Notes: generated by a model not told the origin, from the sequence alone. A stretch of DNA of 64,000 bases from Alphaproteobacteria bacterium (GCA_013298565.1 JAAFIC010000007.1:3196-67195); one strand, 5' to 3'; shown: positions 52,339-63,778, counted from the stretch's first letter. Program-made: numbers and translations.

Positions 52339-54049
52339 ATTCGTGCGGGCTTTCCGGCAGTGTCGGTTTCGGCCCGAGTATTGGTGCGAGCGCGCTGGCA
52401 ATACCGGTAATACCGGCGTTAGAAAGGCCAGCCTCTTTCATAACCGCGTCGATTATCGGCTTTGCCATCTGATACTGAAGCGCGGAATTCATCACCTGTT
52501 CGGGGAAGGTTGCGCCTGAACCACCGCCGCTCTGGCCCAAACTATTGTTTCCGCTTGCGCCGTCGCCAAGGCCCGAGACTTGAACGATGCGGATCGAATC
52601 AATCCGTTCCATCGGTTTTACCGCTTTTTCCAGAATCTCCGGTAACTGCTGAAGTAGCAGCGTGCGGACTTGCAGGTCGATTTGCGCGGCGGAAAGCGTG
52701 TTGAGCGCCGCATTCAGCGCCCGGCGGCCTTCGGCATCGGCCAGGGCCGCTTCTTGCCGGGCCTTAGCTTCGATCGTGATCGCGTCAGCGCGGTCCATCG
52801 CGGCTGCTTTTTCGGCAGAGGCGGAAACGCGCACGGCAATGGCGCTTTGTTCAGCCAGCTTTTCGGCTTCGATCAATTGGATGGATTTTTCGCGCTCGGC
52901 GGCGGCCACCTGCCGGGCGGTGGTAACGGATTCCTCGGCTTTGGCCGCTTCAGCGCGGGCAAGATTAGCGGCGGCTTCGGCTTCGGACTGGTCGCGCGAC
53001 TTTTGCGAAATGGCGATTTGCGTGTCCTGCCGAGCGATTTCCACTTCTTTGCGCTGTTCGGCGGTGAGGACTTGGGTGTTCCGCTCCACGTCGATTTCCT
53101 GCGTGCGGATGGCGAGGTTCTTGTCGATCTCCGCTGCTTTTACCTGCCGTTCGGCTTCGATGCGCTTTTGGCTGATTTGCCGCTCGGCTTCCACCTTCAC
53201 GGTTTCGGCCTCAAGGTTGCGGTTGGCCTGTTCCGTAGCAATCAGCGCCATTTGCTCGGCTCGCGCGGTTTCTATTTCGCGCTGCTGACTGAACTGGGCG
53301 AACTCTTGATCCTTTTCAATCGCCAGTTTTTGACGGTTTGCGTCCAAATTCTTGGCGCGCACCTGCATTTCAGTATCCTGCTCCACATCGTTGCGCTGCT
53401 TGCGCCGCGCTTCGGTTTGCTCGGTCAGGCGGGTCAAGCCTTCGGCATCGAAGGCGTTATTCGGGTTGAAGAACTGCTTATCGGTCTGGTCTAGGCTGGT
53501 GAGCGAGACGGATTCAAGCTCCAGCCCGTTTTTCTCCAAATCCTCGGCTACGGCATTTTGCACGGCCTGAACAAAATCGCGGCGCTTATCTTGCAACTCC
53601 TGAATGGTCATCGTTGCGGCAGTGGCGCGCAGGGAGTCAACGAACTTATCTTCCACCAGCGTGCGAAGCTCGTCGGGGCTTAGGGTGCGGGCGCCCAAGG
53701 TTTGAGCGGCAGTGCTTACGGCCTCTTCGGTTTGTTTCACGCGGACGAAAAAGCCGACGTTTACATCGACCCGCATCCGGTCTTTGGTGATAAGGCTTTC
53801 GCGCTCGCGCCGATACACGTCGAGCTTCAGTGTGTTCATATTCACGTGAATAAGCTCATGGAACACCGGCAGCACAATCGCCCCGCCGTCCATAATCACT
53901 TTCTGCCCGCCAAGGCCCGTGCGGACGAAGGCTAACTGCTTGGTTGCGCGCCGATACAGCCGGGCAAGAACCGCCCCGATACCGATTAGGGCAATCAGCG
54001 GAATGAGCGCAATGACTGTCAGGTCCGAAAAGAGGATCTTTTCAAGCAC
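52337..54049 (-). CDS. Flotillin-like SPFH/band-7 protein (YqiK-like)
   Basis: A GTG start follows a GGAG SD. An N-terminal TM helix and an SPFH domain are followed by a long Ala/Glu/Gln/Arg-rich coiled coil. Confidence 0.85.
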   Translation of the reverse strand: MLEKILFSDLTVIALIPLIALIGIGAVLARLYRRATKQLAFVRTGLGGQKVIMDGGAIVLPVFHELIHVNMNTLKLDVYRRERESLITKDRMRVDVNVGFFVRVKQTEEAVSTAAQTLGARTLSPDELRTLVEDKFVDSLRATAATMTIQELQDKRRDFVQAVQNAVAEDLEKNGLELESVSLTSLDQTDKQFFNPNNAFDAEGLTRLTEQTEARRKQRNDVEQDTEMQVRAKNLDANRQKLAIEKDQEFAQFSQQREIETARAEQMALIATEQANRNLEAETVKVEAERQISQKRIEAERQVKAAEIDKNLAIRTQEIDVERNTQVLTAEQRKEVEIARQDTQIAISQKSRDQSEAEAAANLARAEAAKAEESVTTARQVAAAEREKSIQLIEAEKLAEQSAIAVRVSASAEKAAAMDRADAITIEAKARQEAALADAEGRRALNAALNTLSAAQIDLQVRTLLLQQLPEILEKAVKPMERIDSIRIVQVSGLGDGASGNNSLGQSGGGSGATFPEQVMNSALQYQMAKPIIDAVMKEAGLSNAGITGIASALAPILGPKPTLPESPHE

Positions 54050-54070
54050 GGGGGCGTCTCCGATGAAGTG

Positions 54071-54715
54071 TTAAGAAAGGGGAGGCTTTAGAATGGGTTG
54101 GATCTGCGGGTCACGAATGCCCCGGAAGAAAGCCCCTTGTTTAGCGACGATGATAATGGGGGTACCGATAGCAAACTGGTCGCCGTCCCTATCCGGCTCG
54201 ACCATCAGGTAATGGCTGCGGCCATGATGATCCTTCACCAGCGTCTGCGCTGCCATCCCGTGCCGGGCAATACCACCCGTGATTAGCCCGCCGCGCCCGA
54301 TAAAACTGGCCTCGCTCACCGCGCTCGATTCATCGTGGGGCACGAGCCGCCCCAGCGCCGTTCCGAACCAGCGAACGCTCAGGAACCCCAACGGTACAGC
54401 GGCGAGGCTGGCGAGCGTTCCTGACAGATAATCGCCCAGAAGGTTGAGGCTAATCCACTGCACGCCATAACCGCCTAGGGAGAAGCCGGTTAGCAGCACG
54501 AGCAGTAAGACCAGCACGGGCACCCGCCCTACGTGCAACCACCCCAGCAAACCGTCCACCGCGCCATCGTTTTCAACATGCGGTATCAAATCATCGAGCA
54601 AGGCAGAGGGGTTGAGCGCCAAGAGCAGTCCAATGGCTTCCAGCAGCACTAGCCCCACTAACACAAGTGCTGCAACGCCGAAGGGGGCGGTAGGGGCAGC
54701 AGTGAAAAAATCCAT
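54071..54715 (-). CDS. NfeD-like/YqiJ-like membrane protein
   Basis: ATG 54715 (MDFFTAAPTAPFGVAALVLVGLVLLEAIG). It has several TM helices and a C-terminal soluble beta-rich domain, and lies directly upstream of the flotillin gene. Confidence 0.65.
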   Translation of the reverse strand: MDFFTAAPTAPFGVAALVLVGLVLLEAIGLLLALNPSALLDDLIPHVENDGAVDGLLGWLHVGRVPVLVLLLVLLTGFSLGGYGVQWISLNLLGDYLSGTLASLAAVPLGFLSVRWFGTALGRLVPHDESSAVSEASFIGRGGLITGGIARHGMAAQTLVKDHHGRSHYLMVEPDRDGDQFAIGTPIIIVAKQGAFFRGIRDPQIQPILKPPLS

Positions 54716-54824
54716 AGACCAATCCCAATGCCAAGGCACATCTGGCGCAGAGAATAGCGGGTTTGCAGCCCGAAGGCTGCGGCAACTTATGTCATACGTT
54801 AAAAAATTCTTACTACTGCACGCT

Positions 54825-56531
54825 CTACGCAATCAGCCGGAAGCGGTCCACATCCACTAAGCCAAAGTCGGTGATTTTCAAATGCGGGATAACTGGGAGC
54901 GGAAGGAACGCCAGTTGTAAGAACGGCTCCTCCAGCGGGCAGCCCATCGCTTTCACAGCAGCGCGAAGGGTTTGCAGTTGGGCATCGACCCCCTCGAACG
55001 GCAGCAGGCTCATCAAGCCCGCAACGGGCAAGGGCAGATCGGCCAGCACGGCCCCGTCTTTGACCGCAACAAAGCCGCCGCCCAGTGCGATCACGCGGTT
55101 CACGGCAGCGGCCATATCGGCCTCGTTGGTTCCGACAACGCAAATATTGTGGCTATCATGCCCAACTGAGGACGCGAGCGCCCCGGCCTTAAACCCGAAG
55201 CCCTGCACAAAGCCGCGCCCGATATTGCGGTTCACCCCGTGCCGGGCGAGTACGGCGATTTTCAGCACGTCTTGCGCTATATCGGCCTTCAGCCCATCGG
55301 CCCCGAAGGCCAGCGTGGCGGTGCGGAATTCCGTCACGATTTTGCCCGGTAGCACGCCGATCACCGGCTGCGTCGCGGCGGCGGCGGGATGAGCGAAATG
55401 CGATGCTGTGACGGGATCGAGCTTGACGGAGTTGAGGCCGACGATTTCGGGCAGTGTGCGGCCCATAAAACTTTCGGGCGTAATCAGCTTGCCCGCTTGG
55501 ATCACGCGGCCAACCGAGCAGCTTTCGTAATCATCGAGCAACACGATATCCGCCCGCCACCCCGGCGCGATCAACCCGCGATCCCGCAGGCCAAAGTGTT
55601 GCGCGCTGGACCAGCTTGCCGCCCGGTAGGCGTCCGCAGGGTCTGCCCCGAGCTTGATGGCCGTGCGGATTAAATGATCCATATGGCCTTCTTGGGCGAT
55701 TTCCAGCGGGTTGCGGTCATCGGTGCAAAAGCCGCAGAACGGGGCAGTGCGCGCGTTGAGAATGGGGGTGAGGGCTGCGACATCGCGGCTGACGGAGCCG
55801 TCGCGGATGAGCACCTGCATCCCCTTACTCAGCTTTTCGCGCGCTTCCTGCGCGCTGGTGGTTTCATGGCAGTTGCGGATTCCGGCGGAAAGATAGGCGT
55901 TTAGCTCCTTCCCCCGCACCAGCGGTGCGTGTCCGTCAATATGGGAGCCAGCAAAATCGGCTAGTTTTTCCAAAACGTCGCCGTCTTTGGCGAACAGCCC
56001 TGGATAATTCATGAACTCCGCCAACCCTAGCGTGCGCGGGTGGTTCTTATATTTCCGCAGCACCGAGGCCCCCAGCGTTGCCCCGGAAGTCTCTAACCCC
56101 GTCGCAGGAACGCAGGAGGAGAGTTGTACGCGCAAATCCATCACCAGCGCCTCGGACGCCTCCAGAAAATAGCGCAGGCCCGCTTCGCCCAACACATTGC
56201 TGATTTCATGGGGATCGCACACCGCCGTTGTCGTGCCGCGCGGCAGCACGCAGCGGTCGAACTCGCCAGGCGTGACGAGGGAGGATTCCACGTGCACATG
56301 CGCGTCGATAAACCCCGGCACGGCCACCTGATCGGACCCGTCGATCTCGCGCACGCCGGAGTAGGTATCGAACGTGCCGACGATTTTGTCGCCGCAGAGG
56401 GCTATATCGGAACGGTGCAAGGTGCCTGAGACAACATCGAGCAGCCTGACGTTCTTAATCACCACGTCGGCTTTTTCGGTTCCCAACGCTTGATCTATAC
56501 GGCGGGCGATGTCAGCGGTCGAAACGGTCAT
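54825..56531 (-). CDS. ade: Adenine deaminase
   Basis: A 568-aa amidohydrolase with VPGFIDAHVHVESS. The overall layout is typical of Ade. It overlaps xdhC by 20 nt. Confidence 0.85.
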   Translation of the reverse strand: MTVSTADIARRIDQALGTEKADVVIKNVRLLDVVSGTLHRSDIALCGDKIVGTFDTYSGVREIDGSDQVAVPGFIDAHVHVESSLVTPGEFDRCVLPRGTTTAVCDPHEISNVLGEAGLRYFLEASEALVMDLRVQLSSCVPATGLETSGATLGASVLRKYKNHPRTLGLAEFMNYPGLFAKDGDVLEKLADFAGSHIDGHAPLVRGKELNAYLSAGIRNCHETTSAQEAREKLSKGMQVLIRDGSVSRDVAALTPILNARTAPFCGFCTDDRNPLEIAQEGHMDHLIRTAIKLGADPADAYRAASWSSAQHFGLRDRGLIAPGWRADIVLLDDYESCSVGRVIQAGKLITPESFMGRTLPEIVGLNSVKLDPVTASHFAHPAAAATQPVIGVLPGKIVTEFRTATLAFGADGLKADIAQDVLKIAVLARHGVNRNIGRGFVQGFGFKAGALASSVGHDSHNICVVGTNEADMAAAVNRVIALGGGFVAVKDGAVLADLPLPVAGLMSLLPFEGVDAQLQTLRAAVKAMGCPLEEPFLQLAFLPLPVIPHLKITDFGLVDVDRFRLIA

Positions 56532-57339
56532 GGTCGTGTTCCTCCGTTGCGGGGAAACCCACTGCCGGAACTAGCGCGCCGCTTGCAATTTGCAGCAGTT
56601 GCGCTGCCGTGGCGATGGCGATTTCGCGCGGGTCTTTGCCGCCCGTACTGGGCAGACCGATGGGGCAAACGAGGCGAGTAGCCGCAGCTTCCGCAAGCCC
56701 AATCGCCGCTAGCCTCTTCAAAAACCGCGCTCTCTTTGTGGCCGAACCAATGAGGCCAACATAGGGCAGATCGGCCCGCCCGAGGGCGGCGGCGGTAATA
56801 TCCAGATCTAGCGCATGATCGTGGGTCATTACGAGCACGAAACATCCAGCAGGCAGGCTCGGGATGATTGATGCCGCGTGCGGGGTAACATGGACGGCGA
56901 CCTGCGACGGCAGGCTTTCGGGAAATTCATCTGGGCGGGCATCAATCCAATCAATCCGCCGGGGCAGCGGGCCAAGTACCGCCACCAGCGCCTTTGCGAC
57001 ATGGCCCGCGCCGAACAGCGCAAGGGTGAGAGCGGGGGGGAGAATCGGCTCGAAACTCACCGTTACGCTGCCTCCACAACATTGCCCCAAGGTTGGCCCC
57101 AGCGGCCATTTTCGCGTTACCGGCACGGCGGCCCGCTTTACCAAAAGCTCCCGGCCCAGGGCAATCGCCTCGAACTCCAATGCGCCGCCGCCAATTGTGC
57201 CGAGAACCTTCCCCGCGCTCACGGCCATTTTGGTTCCGGCTTGTCGGGGGGTAGAGCCTTGGGCGTCGAGCAGAGTGATGAGCACGAGAGGCGTGCCCGC
57301 GCGTTCCCAATCAGCCAAAGCAGCAAAGAACCCCCTCAT
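56512..57339 (-). CDS. xdhC: Xanthine dehydrogenase accessory protein XdhC
   Basis: It has an XdhC/CoxI-type N-domain (LVLITLLDAQGSTPRQAGTKM) and a Rossmann-like C-domain (LALFGAGHVAKALV). Its ATG overlaps the xdhB stop. Confidence 0.8.
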   Translation of the reverse strand: MRGFFAALADWERAGTPLVLITLLDAQGSTPRQAGTKMAVSAGKVLGTIGGGALEFEAIALGRELLVKRAAVPVTRKWPLGPTLGQCCGGSVTVSFEPILPPALTLALFGAGHVAKALVAVLGPLPRRIDWIDARPDEFPESLPSQVAVHVTPHAASIIPSLPAGCFVLVMTHDHALDLDITAAALGRADLPYVGLIGSATKRARFLKRLAAIGLAEAAATRLVCPIGLPSTGGKDPREIAIATAAQLLQIASGALVPAVGFPATEEHDHDRFDR

Positions 57340-59675
57340 GCGGTGCCGGAGAGGGTCATGATGGCCGTTAGAACCCGCTCCGGCGTCGCGGGCGCATCCA
57401 GCGGCACGGGGCCGCCGGGCAGGGGGCCGGGCAGGGGGGCAGTCGCGGCCACGGCATCGCGCAGGGCGAAGAATACGGCATTGGCCAGCATCAAGGGGGG
57501 TTCGCCCACGGCTTTGGAGTGGTGGATCGTATCTTCCCGGTTAGGTTCGTCCCACAGGGTTACGGTGAAAGCCTCCGGTACGTCGCGGCACACCGGGATT
57601 TTGTACGTGGAAGGGGCGTGAGTCCGTAAGCGGCCTTGCGCGTCCCACACCAACTCTTCCATCGTGAGCCAGCCCATGCCTTGAATGAAACCGCCTTCGA
57701 TTTGGCCCTTATCCAGCGCCGGGTTTAGCGAGGTGCCGCAATCGTGCAGAATATCCGCCCGCAGCAACCGATTTTCCCCGGTGAGGCAATCGACTTCGAC
57801 TTCGGCAACCGCTGCGCCATAGGCGTAGTAAAGAAACGGCCTGCCGCTGAAAGTTGCGCGGTCGAAATGAATTTTTGGTGTGGCATAGAAGCCGGTTGCG
57901 GAGAGCGAGACGCGCGCAAGATAGGCCGCGCGGACGAGATCGGCAAACCCGACCCGCGCTTCCCCTGCCTGCACCTGCCCACCGACGAAGCAAACCGCCG
58001 CTTCCGGCACGCCATATTTTTGCGCCGCGAAGGCTGCCAGCCGCCCGCGAATGGTCAGCGCTGCTGCTTCCGCCGCTTTGCCGTTCATATCGGCCCCGGA
58101 GGAGGCGGCGGTAGCGGAGGTGTTCGGTACTTTCCCAGTGGTCGTTGCCGTCGCGAGGATTCTGTTCAAACCGATACCGAAACAATCGGCTACAACCTGC
58201 CGGATTTTCTGATAGAGCCCCTGGCCCATCTCGATCCCGCCGTGGTTCACCTGCACCGATCCGTCGGTATAGACGTGGATCAAGGCCCCCGCCTGATTGA
58301 GAAAAGTGGTCGTGAACGAAATCCCAAATTTCACCGGGGTTAGGGCCAAACCGCGCTTAACAAAGCGGTTTTGGGCGTTGAAGCGCGCAATCGCTGCGCG
58401 CCGCGCGGCATAATCCGCACTTTCCGCTAGTCGGGCAATCAGGCGCGGGCCGATGCCGTCATCAACCGTCTGTCCATAGGGGGTTACGTCGCGCCCCGGC
58501 CCATAAAGATTTGCTCGGCGAACCGCCAGCGGATCGAGACCGCGCACACGGGCAATGTCGTCCAACACCGCTTCAATCGCTAGCATCCCCTGCGGCCCCC
58601 CAAAGCCGCGAAAGGCGGTATTGGAGACCGTGTTGGTCTTCAATCGGTATGAATCCACCGCCACATGGGGCAGATAATAGCAGTTGTCGATATGGAACAT
58701 GGCGCGGTCGTTAATCGCACCCGACAGGTCTGCCGAATAACCGCAGCGCGCGGCAAGCTCGACCGCTAGCCCTTCGATTCGGCCCTCTGCGTCGAACCCA
58801 ACCTGATAGCGCACGCGGAAGTCATGGCGCTTGCCGGTCATCACCATATCATCGTCGCGGTCGAGCCGCAGCTTAACGGGCCGCCCGGTTTTGAGCGCGA
58901 ACAGGGCGGCGAGCGCGGCAAACTGCGCGGCCTGGGTTTCCTTACCGCCGAAGCCGCCGCCTAAACGCCGAACTTCGACCGTTACTAAGGCATCGGGAAT
59001 GCCGAGGGCGTGGGCGACGAGATGCTGCACTTCCGACGGATGCTGCGTGGAGCAATAAACCAAAACCCCGCCTTCCTCGGTGGGGATGGCGAGGGAGATT
59101 TGACCTTCCAGATAAAAATGATCCTGCCCACCCATCTCAAGCGTGCCGGATAACCGATGCGCGGCCCCGGCAATAGCGGTTGCCGCATCGCCGCGCGCCA
59201 TTCGTTCCGGCTTCAGAATGAAACTCTCGACCGCCATCGCGTCGCCAATGGTTAGGATCGCTGGGAGCGGTTCGACCTCGGCCACCTCCAGGCGGGCTGC
59301 CCTTCTCGCTGCGTGCAGGGTGTCGGCAGCCACGGCGAAGAGGGCTTGACCGTGGAACTCGATGAGGCTTTCCGCCAAAATCGGGTCGTCCTTCACCACG
59401 GGACCAACATTATTCTCGCCAGGAATATCCGCCGCGCTCAACACGGCGATAACGCCGGGAAAGGCGAGAACTTTGGCGAGATCGAGTGCCTTTAGCCGTC
59501 CGTGCGCGTGGCGACTGAGGCCGATTGCTGCGTGCAACAACCCAGCTGGCTCCGGCAGATCGTCGATATAGGGTGCCGTGCCGCGCACATGGCGGCAGGC
59601 AGCATCGTGGGGCTGGGACGTGCCGACGGTGGGAACGGGGGGAGTAGAGGCGAGTGGGAGGGCACCGTCCTTCAT
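57336..59675 (-). CDS. xdhB: Xanthine dehydrogenase molybdopterin-binding subunit
   Basis: A 779-aa protein with GGGFGGKE and the FRGFGGPQG motif. It shows ATGA overlap with xdhA. Confidence 0.9.
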   Translation of the reverse strand: MKDGALPLASTPPVPTVGTSQPHDAACRHVRGTAPYIDDLPEPAGLLHAAIGLSRHAHGRLKALDLAKVLAFPGVIAVLSAADIPGENNVGPVVKDDPILAESLIEFHGQALFAVAADTLHAARRAARLEVAEVEPLPAILTIGDAMAVESFILKPERMARGDAATAIAGAAHRLSGTLEMGGQDHFYLEGQISLAIPTEEGGVLVYCSTQHPSEVQHLVAHALGIPDALVTVEVRRLGGGFGGKETQAAQFAALAALFALKTGRPVKLRLDRDDDMVMTGKRHDFRVRYQVGFDAEGRIEGLAVELAARCGYSADLSGAINDRAMFHIDNCYYLPHVAVDSYRLKTNTVSNTAFRGFGGPQGMLAIEAVLDDIARVRGLDPLAVRRANLYGPGRDVTPYGQTVDDGIGPRLIARLAESADYAARRAAIARFNAQNRFVKRGLALTPVKFGISFTTTFLNQAGALIHVYTDGSVQVNHGGIEMGQGLYQKIRQVVADCFGIGLNRILATATTTGKVPNTSATAASSGADMNGKAAEAAALTIRGRLAAFAAQKYGVPEAAVCFVGGQVQAGEARVGFADLVRAAYLARVSLSATGFYATPKIHFDRATFSGRPFLYYAYGAAVAEVEVDCLTGENRLLRADILHDCGTSLNPALDKGQIEGGFIQGMGWLTMEELVWDAQGRLRTHAPSTYKIPVCRDVPEAFTVTLWDEPNREDTIHHSKAVGEPPLMLANAVFFALRDAVAATAPLPGPLPGGPVPLDAPATPERVLTAIMTLSGTA

Positions 59676-61105
59676 TGAGCGGCCTCCTGATCGTCTGCGC
59701 CCGTCTCCCGCAAGTAGAAGCGCAGCAGCAGGTTTCGCGCGACGGTAAGCCGATAGGCTGCTGACGCCCGCATATCGCTGAGGGGGCTGAAATCTTCCGC
59801 AAGTGCGTCCATCGCGCCCCGGATTGTTGTCTCCTCGAACGGTTTGCCGCGCAGCGCCGCTTCTGCCGCCCGCGCCCGCGCCGGAACCCCGGCCATGCCG
59901 CCAAAGCCAAGACGGGCAGCGGTAATAATCCCGCCCTCAAGCTCCAGCCGATAGGCGGCGCAGACGGCTGAAATATCCTGATCCATCCGCTTAGAAATCT
60001 TATCGGTTCCGTAACGAGAGTTATTTTCCAGCTTTAAGATCGAAATCGAAACAATAAACTCCCCCAACTGCCGGGCGGTTTTACGGTACTCCAGAAAATA
60101 ATCTTCCAACGGCAACGACCGTTCTACGGAGCCTTTCCGTAGGGTGACGGTCGCCCCAAGGGCAATGAGCGCAGGCATCGAGTCACCAATCGGCGAGCCG
60201 TTGCCGATATTGCCGCCCAAGGTGCCGCTATTGCGGATTTGAACGGAGCCGATGCGCTTAAACAGCCGCTCTAAATCTAAGTGAATTTTGGCAAGATACG
60301 GCAGGGAGTCGGCAAAGCTAACCCCCGCACCAAAGCGGATAACTGTCGGCGTTTCCTCGATTTCTTTCAAGGTGGCCACGGCACCGACAGAAATCAGATG
60401 CGGCATAGAGCGGTGCTGTTTCGTAACCCACAGGCCAATATCGGTGGCACCCGCCAGCAAGTCCGCCTGGGGGAACCGTTCCACCAGATCGGCTAGGGCA
60501 TCCAGCGTCACCGGCGCATCGAACCGTTGACCCGTATCACTAATAATCGACAGTGCTTCGCCGCGCTGGAGTTGCTGAAGCAGGGCCACGGGCGGCTCGG
60601 CAGCGGGGCGGGGCAGGTTGAACATGCTCGCCGCCGCCGCGATGATCGGCGTATAGCCCGTGCAACGGCACAGGTTTCCGGCTAACGCCGTGTCGATCTC
60701 TTCCCGCGCGGGGGGCGTGGTGCGTGACTGATAGAGGGTATAGAGGCTCATAACGAAGCCGGGTGTGCAGAAACCGCATTGGCTGGCGTGTTCCGTTACC
60801 ATCGCCTGCTGGACTGGGTGCAGAGCGGCGTCTGAGGTGGCAAGGTCTTCCACCGTCACGAGTTCCTTGCCATCGAGCATGGGGAGGAACTGAATGCAAG
60901 CGTTAACGGCCTGATAGGTCACGCCCCCGCCCGCTAGTGTGCCGATAGTAACCGTGCAGGCACCGCAATCGCCCTCGGCACAGCCTTCCTTCGTGCCGGG
61001 GCGACGGGCACTGCCGCGCAGCCAATCGAGCACGGTTAGGGTCGGGTCAGAGACGACAACCTCTTGAATCAGTCGGCCCATGAGGAAGCGGATTGGCGTC
61101 TGCAT
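59672..61105 (-). CDS. xdhA: Xanthine dehydrogenase small subunit (2Fe-2S plus FAD-binding)
   Basis: ATG 61105 follows a GGAGA SD. The motifs are [19 protein letters not shown] and CRCTGY, followed by a FAD-binding domain. Confidence 0.9.
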   Translation of the reverse strand: MQTPIRFLMGRLIQEVVVSDPTLTVLDWLRGSARRPGTKEGCAEGDCGACTVTIGTLAGGGVTYQAVNACIQFLPMLDGKELVTVEDLATSDAALHPVQQAMVTEHASQCGFCTPGFVMSLYTLYQSRTTPPAREEIDTALAGNLCRCTGYTPIIAAAASMFNLPRPAAEPPVALLQQLQRGEALSIISDTGQRFDAPVTLDALADLVERFPQADLLAGATDIGLWVTKQHRSMPHLISVGAVATLKEIEETPTVIRFGAGVSFADSLPYLAKIHLDLERLFKRIGSVQIRNSGTLGGNIGNGSPIGDSMPALIALGATVTLRKGSVERSLPLEDYFLEYRKTARQLGEFIVSISILKLENNSRYGTDKISKRMDQDISAVCAAYRLELEGGIITAARLGFGGMAGVPARARAAEAALRGKPFEETTIRGAMDALAEDFSPLSDMRASAAYRLTVARNLLLRFYLRETGADDQEAAQ

Positions 61106-61152
61106 CCCGTTCTCCAAATTATTCTAAATCCTGTCCCGATTTGACCCTTCGG

Positions 61153-61944
61153 TCAACCACCGCCGTGGAGACCCCCATCAGTTCCGCGCGTCGCCCAATG
61201 GGCAAGCCGCCGCTCCATCACGACCGCAGCCGCATACATGATGATTCCCAAGACTGCAATCACCACTAGACCCGCAAACAGCAACGGCGTGCGGAAGGAC
61301 GAAGAGGCGACCAACATCAAATGACCGATGCCATTGTTTGCGGCGACGGTTTCGGCAATCACCGAGCCAACGAAGGCTAAGGAAATGGCCACTTTCAACG
61401 ACGCAAAGAAATAAGGTAGCGCACGCGGCAACCCTACTTTCCATAGAATATCGCGCTTTCGGGCGCCTAACGAGCGCAGAACGTCTTGCAATTCCGGCTC
61501 TAGCGTTGCAATTCCGGCGGCGACGTTTACGGCGATGGGGAAGAAAGAGATTAGGAAGGCGGTGATAATCGCTGGAACCGTACCAATGCCAAACCACATG
61601 ACCAAAATCGGCACCAGGGCTACCTTCGGGATAGCATTAAAGCCGATCAGCAGCGGGCCGAGAGCGCGATAAAGCAGCGGTGCTGCCCCGATTGCGACCC
61701 CCAGAGCGAGGCCGAACAGCACCGCAAGGCCAAAGCCGACCAGCGTGGTGAAAAGCGTCTGGCCTGCATTCAGCCAAATCGCCTCGCGATATTGAACGAG
61801 GGCTTTCAGCGTGGCTGTTGGTGTCGCCAGAATGCTTTCAGGGACTTGGAAAACGACGCACACGAACTCCCACAGCACGAATAGCCCGAGCGCGGAAAGC
61901 CACGGTAACGCCATGCGGAAGGCTTTGCGCTGCCGGGCGGTCAT
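61153..61944 (-). CDS. ABC transporter permease (NitT/TauT family)
   Basis: A polytopic 263-aa protein whose start overlaps the stop of the upstream ATPase gene (61941..62750) by 4 nt. Confidence 0.85.
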   Translation of the reverse strand: MTARQRKAFRMALPWLSALGLFVLWEFVCVVFQVPESILATPTATLKALVQYREAIWLNAGQTLFTTLVGFGLAVLFGLALGVAIGAAPLLYRALGPLLIGFNAIPKVALVPILVMWFGIGTVPAIITAFLISFFPIAVNVAAGIATLEPELQDVLRSLGARKRDILWKVGLPRALPYFFASLKVAISLAFVGSVIAETVAANNGIGHLMLVASSSFRTPLLFAGLVVIAVLGIIMYAAAVVMERRLAHWATRGTDGGLHGGG

Positions 61945-62750
61945 GCGGCCCCCAAGGATAGCGGGACTTGCCGTGCAACATCAATCTTGGCGCGAATTTC
62001 GTGCAGCAAAGCATTGAAATCGGGAGAAAAGCGCAAATCGAGCGAGCGGGGGCGAGGGAAATTGACCTCGCAAGCAGCGGCGATTTTACCGGGCCGTTGC
62101 GAGATAACGATGATTCGATCCGCCAGCATCGCGGCCTCTTGCAGGTCGTGGGTGACGAGCAGGGTGGTGAAGCGCCGCTCCAGCCATAAGGCTTGCAGCG
62201 CGTCCCACAGTTCCTCGCGTGTGAACGTATCGAGCGCGCCGAAGGGTTCATCCAACATCAACAGCGCCGGTTCGTGGATAAGCGCGCGGCAGAGCGAGAC
62301 CCGTTGCTGCATTCCGCCCGAAAGTTGCCAGGGGTAGTGATCCTCAAACCCGGTCAGGCCAACTTTTGCTAAGAGTTGCCGGGCTTTATTCTCGTAACTC
62401 CGCCGATCTGCGCGAAAATTACGCCGATGCGGCTCTACCACTTCCAGCGGCAGCAGCACGTTTTCGAGCGCCGTGCGCCACGGCAGCAGTGTAGGGTTCT
62501 GGAACGCCATGCCGACGATTTTCAGCGGTCCCGTTACCTTTTGCCCCGCGACCGTCACTGATCCGGCAGAGGGCGGGCGCAGGCCGGAGATGAGCTTCAG
62601 CAGGGTCGATTTCCCGCAACCGGAGGGGCCGACGACGGCCAGAAACTCGCCCTCCTGCATTGTAAGATCAATGCCTTGGAGGGCGAGAACACCGCCCTCT
62701 TCGCCATAGGTGAGATCGGCGCCCTCAATGCGAATGAACGGCTCGCTCAT
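61941..62750 (-). CDS. ABC transporter ATP-binding protein (NitT/TauT family)
   Basis: GPSGCGKSTLL, LSGGMQQRVSLCRAL and LLMLDEP are present. Confidence 0.9.
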   Translation of the reverse strand: MSEPFIRIEGADLTYGEEGGVLALQGIDLTMQEGEFLAVVGPSGCGKSTLLKLISGLRPPSAGSVTVAGQKVTGPLKIVGMAFQNPTLLPWRTALENVLLPLEVVEPHRRNFRADRRSYENKARQLLAKVGLTGFEDHYPWQLSGGMQQRVSLCRALIHEPALLMLDEPFGALDTFTREELWDALQALWLERRFTTLLVTHDLQEAAMLADRIIVISQRPGKIAAACEVNFPRPRSLDLRFSPDFNALLHEIRAKIDVARQVPLSLGAA

Positions 62751-63778
62751 AGTTTCCGATCAGCCGCAGGCGGCAGGAAGGAGGCATCGAACACTTGCTC
62801 GGGGGTCGGCACGGTTTTTAGGGTTGCCGCCAGCGCCACTTGATCAATAGAGCGCTTCAGCCGCGCCATATCGACGCCGCCGATACCGTCGCGCTTGACG
62901 TTGGGAGTAACGATATTGGTACTAATCGCGAGTTCCAGGCGTTCCATTTCCAGTGCTTCTTCGATCAATGGATCCTTTTTCTTGGTCGCGGCGATCCCGG
63001 CTTTCGGATCGGCGATCATTTCTTTCAGGCCCTTAAGGGTGGCTCTAATGAAGCTTTTCACCGCCTCTGGTTTCTCCGCGATAATCTTCGGCGAGGCAAT
63101 CAGCCCGTTGCCGTAGAAATCCATTCCGAAGTCTGAATACCGCATCGCTACAATATCTTCGGCCTTCACGCCCTTGGCCTTAAGGTCCAGAAACGAGGAG
63201 AAATAGTGACCGGAGATGAAATCCACCTCTTTCCGTACCAACATGGCCTCGCGCAACGACGGATCCATATTCTTGCGTGGCACGGCAGTAGCATCAATGC
63301 CAACTTTCTGTGCAAAGGCCGGGAACAGCTTATAAGAGGCATCAAATACAGGTGCGCCGAGGGTTTTACCGACGAGATCGGCAGGTTTAGTAATCCCGCT
63401 ACTCTTCAGCGCATAGACGCCAAACGGTGGGAAGTCATAGACCATCATCACCGCTTTAATCGCCTTATCGGCATTAGCGGCATTATACTCGATGAGGGCG
63501 TTCACATCGGCAAACCCAAGCTCGTAAGCGCTGGAGGCGACACGGTTGACTGCCCCCGCTGACCCTTGACCGGAGTCGATGGTCACATCCAGCCCTTCGG
63601 CCTTATAATAGCCCTTATCCAGCGCCATCAGGAAAAAGCTGGTTGGGCCTTGGTACTTCCAATCCAGTGTTACCTTAACGGCGGTTTGGGCTACAGCGGG
63701 CATTGCCAGGGCCGAGCCTAGCAAAATTGCGAGCATGAGACCTTTTGTAACCCCACGCCGTCCCTGAACCTGAGCCAT
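62747..63778 (-). CDS. ABC transporter substrate-binding protein (NMT1/THI5-like)
   Basis: It has a signal peptide ending in AMPAVAQT, is 343 aa long, and is the first gene of the transporter-xdh-ade string. Confidence 0.85.
   Translation of the reverse strand: MAQVQGRRGVTKGLMLAILLGSALAMPAVAQTAVKVTLDWKYQGPTSFFLMALDKGYYKAEGLDVTIDSGQGSAGAVNRVASSAYELGFADVNALIEYNAANADKAIKAVMMVYDFPPFGVYALKSSGITKPADLVGKTLGAPVFDASYKLFPAFAQKVGIDATAVPRKNMDPSLREAMLVRKEVDFISGHYFSSFLDLKAKGVKAEDIVAMRYSDFGMDFYGNGLIASPKIIAEKPEAVKSFIRATLKGLKEMIADPKAGIAATKKKDPLIEEALEMERLELAISTNIVTPNVKRDGIGGVDMARLKRSIDQVALAATLKTVPTPEQVFDASFLPPAADRKL

Noticed and set aside
52662-53494. Plus-strand ORFs of 208 and 274 aa lie inside the flotillin gene.
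   Set aside because: They are antisense to the Ala/Glu/Gln/Arg-rich coiled-coil region. Their repetitive Ser/Ala/Arg or Gly/Phe/Leu compositions are mirror images of that bias, and the minus-strand SPFH/flotillin reading is clear.
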